Source: a virus | UHGV virus genome: UHGV-0140470 | Reading direction: 5' to 3' (one strand) | Length of the DNA stretch: 33,954 bases | Part shown: in pieces, positions 26,601-32,938 of the stretch | Position numbering within the stretch: the stretch's first letter is position 1 | Layout: the number at the start of each line of letters is the position of its first letter | The notes under the pieces: model-generated | The model's database searches: none | Seen by the model: the letters and a program-made list of their open reading frames with translations, nothing else | Told to the model about the DNA's origin: nothing | Made by a program: the position numbers and the translations under genes

Positions 26601-28091
26601 GCTGTCAAAGGCGAACGCATTCTGACGACGCAAGGGGAAGGACGTGTACGCGCCGCGTCAAGATTGGCGGAAAATATCATATTCAAATGGTCTTTGGGCA
26701 AACCCGACGCAATGTTTAAACGTCAGGCTTTTGTTGACAATGCCGTCCTTGAAGCGACGAAAATCGCCAAAGCCGAAGGACACAAAGGAGATGCGCTAAA
26801 AGAACGGGCGACGCATATTTTCAACGACGCCGTTTTGTTCAATCCGCAAACGCCCGAAGGTCAAGGCGTGCGCGAACGAAGCGTCGCGGCGGCGGAAATT
26901 GTCACATACACGAACGACGGTTTAATTTCGCGGTTTTCTTTAAAAGCGCGTGAGCTGTTGAATGACGCGACGGGCAACGCGCGGATCGGCGATATTGTTA
27001 TGCCGTTCGTTAAAACGCCCGCGAACGTCGCCGCTTTGGGGTTGGAGTATTCGGCGGGGTTCGGTCGGCTGGCTTTGAATCTGGTAAACGGCACTATTTT
27101 GCGCGACGTAAGAAATCGGACGTGGTCGGCGCAATCTCAAGCTGCCGTCAATGCGGCGGTCAGAAACGGCATAGGCGTGTTATTGGCTTTGCTTCTTGTC
27201 GCCGGGCTTGAACCCGAAGATTATATATCAACGTTTGATTTGGCATCGCCGAAAGAACGCGACCTTGCACGAATGAAAAATGCGCCGTTCAATTCGGTAA
27301 AAATCGGCGGAGAATATGTGTCTTTGGATTACTTCGGACCTTTGTCCGCGCCGATGACGGCGGTTCTGGAAGCGCAAAAGAGGGAAGGGTTTTGGACGGT
27401 TGCTTATGAATACGTCAAAACGGCGCTTGTTCAGGCGTCATCGACCATTCCCGCTATTGAAGGTTTGTTAAGCGCCGTCGGTGCGGGAAAGGAACTTGCA
27501 CGAAAGGATTCTGAAACGTTGGTAAAAGAGGTGTCAAACGATGCCGTTGACGCTGTTATGTCGCGTTTGGTGCCTGCGATTTTAGGGGATGTCGCAAAAG
27601 TGATTGATGATTATGAGCGGGATATGTCAGGGGCAAGCATTGTTGACAAGGCCGCCGAAAAGCTTCCGTTCGTTCGCGAAGCGTTGCCGGTGCGTTTCAA
27701 TACGGCGACGGGAAAACCAAAAGAATCGTCTTTGAGGCAGTTATTTTTCGGTTCGCGGATAAAGAAAGCGGAAGAAAACGATTTCATCAGGGAAATCAAT
27801 CGCCTGTTTGAAAGCAAAAATGCTCCGGTAATCAGCGACATTACGAGATCAAGCGCTTTTTCTGATTTGTCGGCGGATGAAAAGGCTGAAATTCGTTCCG
27901 AATTTAGCGGCGGATTCAGAAACCGTTTGGGGCGTTTTATTAAAGGGTATCCGGAACAGGCGCTAAAAATGATGAAAAGCGTTTCCTATCAAAGAGCAAG
28001 CGATATTCGCAAAAAACAGGCATTGGATAAGCTTCGGCGAAAAATCGTCGATGAAATCAAAAAGAAACGAGGCATAGCGAGGAAAAAATGA
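20652..28091 (+). CDS. Giant internal virion/ejection polyvalent protein (gp16-like position; LPD1, LPD3, two zincin motifs)
   Basis: DFGEKIAGAKKD, FGFRGVQFGN, LAHEWWH, ELTARAFE (LPD1-like); LPD3-like segment near 24420-24700; LPHEFAH..HEKFARGYE; PFVKTPAN. Confidence 0.85.
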   Translation: MEKDTGYFDWDQFFDDDEGTPAPKIGDGAPKYIGADDLDRAAILRNIEEAFSDNTSAVGSFYQGFHDAMLEGKTLDETFVILGGQALMSIGGFFGEDNKLVKLGNQIIQSGVRDMDAERTEIERRSFARFSPERKERFSYKFGGGAASFAQMLGLNYLTSGLGMTAGLAVKTAGRAGQTAALAFGAASEASGEVQEGIDTYRNRTGDENLEHYTAKEAAKEVVTTGLYTAGSTALEGLNLSKLFRLFKGKSKSVVMDAIEGALSEGLTETAQGALNAFIDVSDGTIKWDDMPERLKQELVNGSIGLIVGGNAAGAFSMYHRHRGRTAIREYLRGTVPEKDLNRVSNAVWDGLQEGATDIVARELVYSEELRNKHGDIYNAMQRAIARAADDSGAFADADEATRAQYIDETARMFADQTLAEANQRGVSIDEVLKASDIAFDGEGIALDFNKAEAQSVSKGVETASPLEQAMFKSPLKNVGEFYDSVVKGEENRPRYFSFTTPSGAEVGLPDYVVRHDINGHNLTNTDLENVFENLENIERYGVSNKETELAKNSLLLKINTPEGIYGVSIALGENRNFVSTVFKSTGERGVDAWIEKEASRVPPSHPAATNDNVNSVATSGKPLKDIITEARSEINSAAKAEQSAETDALEISEDVARQEKEITAEAFKEPAKQTETESAAQSAPVETAETTASTGKKKSESIQDFGEKIAGAKKDLWASWKERMRQTPLEGSDFTLSEVFPMPNWEAAIANGTDTDTLAFIKLIRDISMSVPKKRRDWRDLVLSFRNYARSVLDGDITTEKAVSDLREASPNASERFQLYKDLGYPAFLKTKDYGVKEYPFGSDPWAVRKNRRIVGRYPTREEAVNALRDMLTNAEKQRRETNFNVYKLRDTGEIIIGKKVGRGRYIDLKGGFKSGEEAFKYIDEHRQELEGELKRAKEIKEERGETNEDRTGKQWREDVDVSPEEFLKTFGFRGVQFGNYVGQDLRSKNLNEAYDALLDLSDVLGIPSQAVSLDGTLGLAFGARGTGRALAHYEPMQVVINLTKKRGPGSLAHEWWHALDNYFGAQKTFAGETTDKKDIYMTVSGRLTAHRAEMKEAFDNVVKTVKESGMYQRSLSLDNARENPYWSSEIELTARAFEAYVKDKLAEKGTKNDFLVNILNEKDVENPNRYQYPTKGERVKIDEAFERLFDTMQTEPTEKGYRLYQTSDLVERSGGPKIADDTESVDVVEIPENAVPKFESKKELANFIKGVLGQERSITVKSTGENVLVSNAGIERSATKSHSQKYNEAFSAIKELLENAKYSGFVEADERHPNVKGQDVYHSAFVIGDKAYSVQFKVDIPKESGTHNYAGHSVSDIEIAPTDNVGGLFRVPSVQNRSAIHTISMGVLRGKVKPARLQDGNLFQKKTVKSAVVKGSFDQSERIIRITKNADYSTLPHEFAHYWLTMQKSWYDSGAASEAYQERMRIAFDWLGVKPWKSIGERAHEKFARGYEQYLLNGDLPESPLNPAFKEYDRWLKDVYNSANKPHKEPLTEDMVRFFNSMTTGVLPPPVKTPVNTPPDEELEKPADPEGLNGIEKSAGVKKTEGFEKPAVAAETVRVYDAAEESDAETGRVSQAAERRQEIAVLQGKIAEDETQNVYYTPITLEEQAGRAYALMRNEGADAVKDMIDGKRDLPEGVMRVPAMIAYEEEMLRQGNLTEYARVLKKHTLEQTRRGQEIVSERLAGRDISDLRYWFKRVVSNKKASAAEKFKTLFQKEGGEKGYNDYLRRIADRTANAVVRAENAYSRRSILNEALREAEAATGKKADLSNVDVAGEGARLYDRIYDAVSQELDALFEITLSAEETKRLFEASVKLKSAYVEHIKSHPNENPPVEVMRLLKEMTDTANAMSPSNALALGVNVWGRAAMLASVKTPILNIESNLVGAITERIIRRARLMSWEKAVDERAIEAYKAYDAAVYDASAITMSTVRAESILEPSLFGAVKGERILTTQGEGRVRAASRLAENIIFKWSLGKPDAMFKRQAFVDNAVLEATKIAKAEGHKGDALKERATHIFNDAVLFNPQTPEGQGVRERSVAAAEIVTYTNDGLISRFSLKARELLNDATGNARIGDIVMPFVKTPANVAALGLEYSAGFGRLALNLVNGTILRDVRNRTWSAQSQAAVNAAVRNGIGVLLALLLVAGLEPEDYISTFDLASPKERDLARMKNAPFNSVKIGGEYVSLDYFGPLSAPMTAVLEAQKREGFWTVAYEYVKTALVQASSTIPAIEGLLSAVGAGKELARKDSETLVKEVSNDAVDAVMSRLVPAILGDVAKVIDDYERDMSGASIVDKAAEKLPFVREALPVRFNTATGKPKESSLRQLFFGSRIKKAEENDFIREINRLFESKNAPVISDITRSSAFSDLSADEKAEIRSEFSGGFRNRLGRFIKGYPEQALKMMKSVSYQRASDIRKKQALDKLRRKIVDEIKKKRGIARKK

Positions 28092-28972
28092 CGGTATCAA
28101 ATTCAAGCAACAAAGCGACGTATTTAGGCAACGGGATCGTAAAGGAATTTACAATCCCGTTTAAATTTTTCAAAAATTCTGAAATAGAAGTTTATTTCAG
28201 AAGCGAGGCAATCGTTCAAAAAAAGCTGGTCGAAAACATAGATTACACGGTTTCGGGCGCAGGCGATGAAAACGGCGGCAGTGTTACGTTGAATGAAACG
28301 CCGCAAACGGGGGATAAAATCGTTATTCTTCGCATCATAGCGATGACGCAGGAAATCGATTATCAGGAAAACGAAATATTTCCCGCCGAAACGCAGGAAC
28401 GGGCGCTGGACAAACTGACGATGCTTATTCAACAGCTGGACGAAAAAACGTCTCGTGCGGTCATTTCGCTGGTTACCGGCGACGGAACGCCCGAAGAAGC
28501 CGTCGAAGAAGTGCTGGCGGCGCGGGAACAGACGGCGATTTCGGCGCAAAACGCCGAAAGCTCGTCTCAATCGGCGCAAACGGCTTTGGAAGGGGCGTTG
28601 GAGGCTTTGGCATCGGCACAAAACACCGTTGAAGTTTTTTACTATAATGCCGCCGAGAAACAAAGCGGCTTCGATACGCACGTCGCGCAGACAACGTCGG
28701 CGTTTGACGCGCACGCTTCGGAACAGCAGGCTTTGGTCGATGCTTTGGCACAGGCGGCGGCGGGAAGTGCCGATGCGGCGGCGGGAAGTGCCGATGCGGC
28801 GTCGGAAAGAGCGTGGGAATGTGCCGAAAGAATCGCCGATTTCGAAGCAAACGGCAGTGCCGTCGTGTCAACGGATATGCGGTATTTTAACGTCGTGACT
28901 GCGGCGGAATATGCCGCGTTGCCCGCCGAAAAGAAAACGGCGGCGTATTTTTATATCGTAATACCGGGGTAA
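28088..28972 (+). CDS. Tail fibre/adaptor protein (T7 gp17-like N-terminus)
   Basis: YLGNGIVKEFTIPF, DYTVSGAG, ERALDKLTM; C-terminal TAAEYAAL..K..YFYI motif. Confidence 0.85.
   Translation: MTVSNSSNKATYLGNGIVKEFTIPFKFFKNSEIEVYFRSEAIVQKKLVENIDYTVSGAGDENGGSVTLNETPQTGDKIVILRIIAMTQEIDYQENEIFPAETQERALDKLTMLIQQLDEKTSRAVISLVTGDGTPEEAVEEVLAAREQTAISAQNAESSSQSAQTALEGALEALASAQNTVEVFYYNAAEKQSGFDTHVAQTTSAFDAHASEQQALVDALAQAAAGSADAAAGSADAASERAWECAERIADFEANGSAVVSTDMRYFNVVTAAEYAALPAEKKTAAYFYIVIPG
28754..28801 (+). repeat. 21-bp in-frame tandem repeat x2.3
   Basis: GCGGCGGCGGGAAGTGCCGAT x2 (AAAGSAD heptad). Confidence 0.9.
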
Positions 28973-28976
28973 GCCC

Positions 28977-29567
28977 ATGGCAGAACTTGTGAAAAAAAAC
29001 ATACAAGGCGCGTTTCTTGGCGAAACGCCAGTCATTGCGCTGTATCACGGAGATGTGCAAATTTGGGCGGCGGCGACATCGGCAGTTTTTACGTCATCGG
29101 GTAATTTTGCTGTTCCGTCGGGTATTAAAAGTATGACGGTTACCGTTATCGGAGCGGGCGGGCCCGTCGGAGCGGGCGGCGGCTTGACAATGTGGGGCGG
29201 ACATGGCGGCGTCGGCGGATTGGTTGTTAAGATTTTCGAAGGCGCAGAATTAAAAAACCTTCCTAATTCAATAAATATAAATGTTGGTATATGTCCAGAT
29301 TCAACTGGTGCGACGGGTCAAAACTCTTCTTTTAATGATACTGTAATTGCATACGGCGGCGGTGGCGGAGGAGAGGGCGGTTTCGGATATAACGGTGCGA
29401 ACGGTTACAACGGTTCCGGGATAGGCGGAGATGTAACAGTCGGATCACCTGACGCCGACAGAACGTATGACGGCATCGTCTATGGTGCCGGCGGTAGCGG
29501 AACGCAAGGCGGCGGGGGCGGATATTCGGGCGCGCAGGGCGTCGTCGTTATTGAATGGACGTATTGA
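28977..29567 (+). CDS. Glycine-rich tail fibre tip/receptor-binding candidate
   Basis: FLGETPVIALYHGDVQIW N-motif; FTSSGNFAVPSG..VIGAGG...GVVVIEW glycine-rich domain. Confidence 0.8.
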   Translation: MAELVKKNIQGAFLGETPVIALYHGDVQIWAAATSAVFTSSGNFAVPSGIKSMTVTVIGAGGPVGAGGGLTMWGGHGGVGGLVVKIFEGAELKNLPNSININVGICPDSTGATGQNSSFNDTVIAYGGGGGGEGGFGYNGANGYNGSGIGGDVTVGSPDADRTYDGIVYGAGGSGTQGGGGGYSGAQGVVVIEWTY

Positions 29568-29579
29568 GGAGGGAGAATA

Positions 29580-30140
29580 ATGGAAAGTGTTTTATTTTTT
29601 ACGGTGGGCGCGTTCTGGCGCGCTTGGTTCGGCGGCGGCATCAGCGCGACGCCGATTTGGGATGCCCCGCGAATTATCAAGTACGTTGCCCTTGTCCTGA
29701 CCGTCGCCGCTATGTACTACGCGGCGGGATATGCGGCATTTTGGGATGATTGGCGGTTTTGGGCGGCGCAAGCCGCTTTTTTAATATTTTGGGCAAAAGG
29801 ACATACAGACTACTACATCGCAAACGATACAAGTCCTGATAAAGGTAAAGTTAAATGGATTGATTGGTGTTTGCGCAAGATTTACGGCGAGGGCGGGTAT
29901 TATAACTTTAAGGGAAATGTAACGGGAATGTTCCTCCGATACACCGCTCCTGCCGTACTTGTCGCGCTTGCCGTTCCTAACGTGTGGTTTTTAACGGCGG
30001 GGTTCTTTGTTGCCGGGATATACGGCGGGTGCGGCAAACTGTTGCCGACGGCGTGGTACACCAAAGCCGCCGAGTTCGCCGCTGGCGGCGTTGTTTTTTT
30101 GCTGATGTGGGAGGGGATATGGATTGGGATACCCTCATAA
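29580..30140 (+). CDS. Multi-pass membrane protein, unknown function
   Basis: GGAG SD; several hydrophobic segments. Confidence 0.75.
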   Translation: MESVLFFTVGAFWRAWFGGGISATPIWDAPRIIKYVALVLTVAAMYYAAGYAAFWDDWRFWAAQAAFLIFWAKGHTDYYIANDTSPDKGKVKWIDWCLRKIYGEGGYYNFKGNVTGMFLRYTAPAVLVALAVPNVWFLTAGFFVAGIYGGCGKLLPTAWYTKAAEFAAGGVVFLLMWEGIWIGIPS

Positions 30141-30352
30141 AATTGGTTGAAATAGTGATTTTGCCCTTGATTGCTTTTTTATGGCGGGAAATTCAAGCCG
30201 TTCGAGGCGGTTTGGACAGGCTTGAAAGAGAATTTAGAGATCACAAAGTACATGTCGCCCAGACGTATGCGACGGCATCGGCGCTTTTGCGGCTTGAGGG
30301 GAAAATAGACGAGCTGAAGGATTTGTTGCTAAGGGGGAGAATTGAAGAATGA
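30119..30352 (+). CDS. Holin/antiholin-like protein (1 TM plus coiled coil)
   Basis: MDWDTLIKLVEIVILPLIAFLW; ATGA overlap with the endolysin. Confidence 0.7.
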   Translation: MDWDTLIKLVEIVILPLIAFLWREIQAVRGGLDRLEREFRDHKVHVAQTYATASALLRLEGKIDELKDLLLRGRIEE

Positions 30353-30705
30353 CTAAAAGTTATTTTGCCGAATCAGAAATGGCATGTCCGTGTTGCGGGC
30401 GAGCGGATATGAATCGGGATTTTATGGGGAAATTGAACGCGTTGCGTGAGGCGTGCGGTTTTCCTTTAAATATCAACAGCGGGTATCGGTGTCCGGATCA
30501 CAACGAAAAAATCGGATCGAAAGTGAATTCGGCGCACGTACAAGGGCGTGCCGCAGATATTGCCTGTACGGATTCACATAAACGCTTTGTCATTATCAGC
30601 GAAGCGATTGAATTGGGATTTAATCGGATCGGCGTCGGGGACAGCTTTATTCACATCGACGATTCCGACGAATTGCCTCAAGGCGTTATTTGGGGCTACA
30701 AATAA
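30349..30705 (+). CDS. Endolysin, peptidase M15A
   Basis: CPCCG, SGYRCPDHN, SAHVQGRAADI, FIHID. Confidence 0.93.
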   Translation: MTKSYFAESEMACPCCGRADMNRDFMGKLNALREACGFPLNINSGYRCPDHNEKIGSKVNSAHVQGRAADIACTDSHKRFVIISEAIELGFNRIGVGDSFIHIDDSDELPQGVIWGYK

Positions 30706-30719
30706 CAAAGGAGAAAAAA

Positions 30720-30884
30720 ATGGAAGAGTTTTTTATAAAACTTTGGTCTGTAATCAAGCCGCAACTGGGTAAGGTCGCGGCTTTTTTTATCGGTGCCGTA
30801 TGTTCTGCTTTGGGCGTAGCGTTGTCGCCCGAAACGTTGCAGAGTCTGACCGAAGTCTTAACGGCTTTGTTCGGGGGTGCGTAA
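30720..30884 (+). CDS. Small membrane protein (holin candidate)
   Basis: AAGGAG SD; 54 aa, hydrophobic. Confidence 0.65.
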   Translation: MEEFFIKLWSVIKPQLGKVAAFFIGAVCSALGVALSPETLQSLTEVLTALFGGA

Positions 30885-31075
30885 TGGCGGAAATCAAACT
30901 TTCGGATTCGGAACGCCAACCGTGCGAAGTATGGACGCGCGTGATGGGCTATTTCCGTCCCGTTTCGGAGTTCAATATCGGCAAAAAAGCCGAATATGCC
31001 GAACGCGTCTGTTTTACGCAGTCAAAGGCGGTGTGTCCGGAAAATGCTCATACTCGGGCGGTCGGAAATGCTTGA
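30884..31075 (+). CDS. Stand-alone NrdD-type glycyl-radical domain (63 aa)
   Basis: CEVWTRVMGYFRPVSEFNIGKKAEYAER matches the class III RNR C-terminal motif. Confidence 0.88.
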   Translation: MAEIKLSDSERQPCEVWTRVMGYFRPVSEFNIGKKAEYAERVCFTQSKAVCPENAHTRAVGNA

Positions 31076-31271
31076 TCGCCTTTTTGCTTTATTGCGGCAG
31101 GGGCTGTTGACGCTCCTGTCGCTTTTTACGGCATATTATGCGGGGAAAAAAGATGGGGATTATGAGCGTGAAAAAGAACGCGCCGACGGTCTTTCAGCTG
31201 CTCACAAGGCAAGGCAGACTTTACGCGATAATTCTGTTGTTGAGCGGTTGCACGACAGGTTTAAGCGGTAG
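31068..31271 (+). CDS. Inner-membrane spanin (Rz-like)
   Basis: N-terminal TM then YAGKKDG and a charged helix; overlaps a lipoprotein gene. Confidence 0.75.
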   Translation: MLDRLFALLRQGLLTLLSLFTAYYAGKKDGDYEREKERADGLSAAHKARQTLRDNSVVERLHDRFKR

Positions 31272-31380
31272 CTTTTGCGAGATTTACGAACCGGTTTATC
31301 CGGACTACAAACACGATACGCTCAACACCGTCTTGCAGATCGACAGGAACAATGTCGTTTTTATGGATTTATGCAATTAA
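31162..31380 (+). CDS. Outer-membrane spanin lipoprotein (Rz1-like)
   Basis: Lipobox LLSGC plus two further Cys; overlaps the i-spanin; start uncertain. Confidence 0.75.
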   Translation: MSVKKNAPTVFQLLTRQGRLYAIILLLSGCTTGLSGSFCEIYEPVYPDYKHDTLNTVLQIDRNNVVFMDLCN

Positions 31381-31384
31381 AAAG

Positions 31385-31459
31385 CGGGGCGATTTTGCCC
31401 CGCTTTTTAGATAAAATCCAAAGGAATTAACGTGCATCGTTGGTGGTCGTGCCCGATGC
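31385..31459 (+). repeat. Direct repeat copy 2 (late-operon terminator plus remnant of Bro-N gene 3' end)
   Basis: Matches 269-344. Confidence 0.95.
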
Positions 31460-31666
31460 ATTTTAATGTCCTTTTTTTGACATTTTTTTATTTATTCCTA
31501 TAAGCTGAAAACGTCTATTATAAAAAAAATACTCCTAAAAGTATCATTTTTTATAAATTTCCGAGATTATAAAAATGGCTGAAATCCAACGTTTTTTTAT
31601 TTTTTTGGGAGTTTTATACGTTTTTTGTTGAATTAAAGAATGAAAGATTTATCCTATATATAACAG

Positions 31667-31717
31667 ACCCGCCGGGCTTCTTTTCTGTCTTCGGACGAAA
31701 TAGCATAATCGGCGGGT
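31667..31717 (+). ncRNA. Structured RNA upstream of the abi gene (candidate AbiF RNA antitoxin/leader)
   Basis: ACCCGCCG/CGGCGGGT outer stem and inner GTC-TTCG-GAC tetraloop; GC-rich island in AT-rich DNA. Confidence 0.6.
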
Positions 31718-31743
31718 ATTATTTTATTCATAAGGCGAATAAT

Positions 31744-32832
31744 ATGGAAAAAGATTATCCTCCTACAGATTTGGATGAACAGATAGACATTTTAAAACAT
31801 AGAAAAATGTCTTTTAAAAACGAAGAACGTGCAAGAAAATATATTCGCTATATCGGGTATCAAAGACTTTCATGGTATTGGTCCCTTTTTTATGCTTCAA
31901 AAGAAAAGGGGAAAGAACTTTTTAGGGAAGGATTGACATTTGAAGAAATTCTGTCGGTGTATATTTTTGACAGAAAACTTCGTATGTTGTTTTTAGAAGC
32001 ATCGGAGCGGATAGAACTGTGCTTAAAAACGCTGTTATCAGATATAATGAGCGTGAAAACTAAAAGTTCAAATTGGTATCTTGATGCTAGATTTTTTGAT
32101 ACAAAAGTTGACCATTATTATAAAAAGGGAGAAAAACAAAAAGAAAAAATTAATCATGGTACTTTAATGAGTGCTATTGACGAGGAATTAAAAAGAAATA
32201 AAATAAAAGAAATAACCTTAAAATCATTTAACAGCGTTTATAATACGAAGATACATTCTTGGGATTTGTTCCAAAATATAACTTTTGGAAAATTTTCAAG
32301 ATTTGTCGAATTGATAAATGGAGATGAAGCTAAAGATTTTTATAATCTTTTTTCGTTACCCAAAGCTGTTTTTGATAATTGGATTGAATGTATTGTTACT
32401 GTTAGAAATATATGCGCTCATTATAAACTTTTTTGTTTTAGGAGTTTTTCAAACAAGCCCAAATCTTTGTTGCATAGCAAAAAAAGAACGGCTGAAATTA
32501 TTTTCAATAGTTCAAGTAATGATAAATTTTGGGCGCAGTTCTATATTTTTTCATATTTCATGCATAAAATTTCTCCGACATCCAGTTGGGTAAGAAGAGT
32601 TACGAATGAGATACAAAAAGCATCAAAAGAAACAGAATTAATATCATTCTCGGCACTTGGTTTTCCAACAGATTGGCAAAAAATTTTCTCTGAATATTTG
32701 CCGAAAAAAAATAACAATTTTTCAAAACACCGGCGTTTCAGTTCATACGATCCATGCCAGATGTACAGCAGAACACCGAGAAAAAAGTGGGGAACAGTGT
32801 TTTATGATCGCTGTCGTCGCGCGAGAACTTAA
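31744..32832 (+). CDS. Abi_2/AbiF-family abortive infection protein (HEPN RNase)
   Basis: IGYQRLSWY, YIFDRKLR, ITFGKFS, RNICAH (RxxxxH), LGFPTDW; low GC. Confidence 0.92.
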   Translation: MEKDYPPTDLDEQIDILKHRKMSFKNEERARKYIRYIGYQRLSWYWSLFYASKEKGKELFREGLTFEEILSVYIFDRKLRMLFLEASERIELCLKTLLSDIMSVKTKSSNWYLDARFFDTKVDHYYKKGEKQKEKINHGTLMSAIDEELKRNKIKEITLKSFNSVYNTKIHSWDLFQNITFGKFSRFVELINGDEAKDFYNLFSLPKAVFDNWIECIVTVRNICAHYKLFCFRSFSNKPKSLLHSKKRTAEIIFNSSSNDKFWAQFYIFSYFMHKISPTSSWVRRVTNEIQKASKETELISFSALGFPTDWQKIFSEYLPKKNNNFSKHRRFSSYDPCQMYSRTPRKKWGTVFYDRCRRART

Positions 32833-32938
32833 AACGTGCGTAAGACACAGTATTTTATGTGAGAAAATTCTCTCATTCTCCATAAAAAATAGGCGATTTT
32901 CCCACGCAGAATCTGCGTCAATAAAAAGGCGCACCTCT

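Noticed and set aside
10295..28898. Numerous minus-strand and alternate-frame ORFs within structural genes
   Set aside because: Shadow ORFs of long, motif-supported plus-strand genes.
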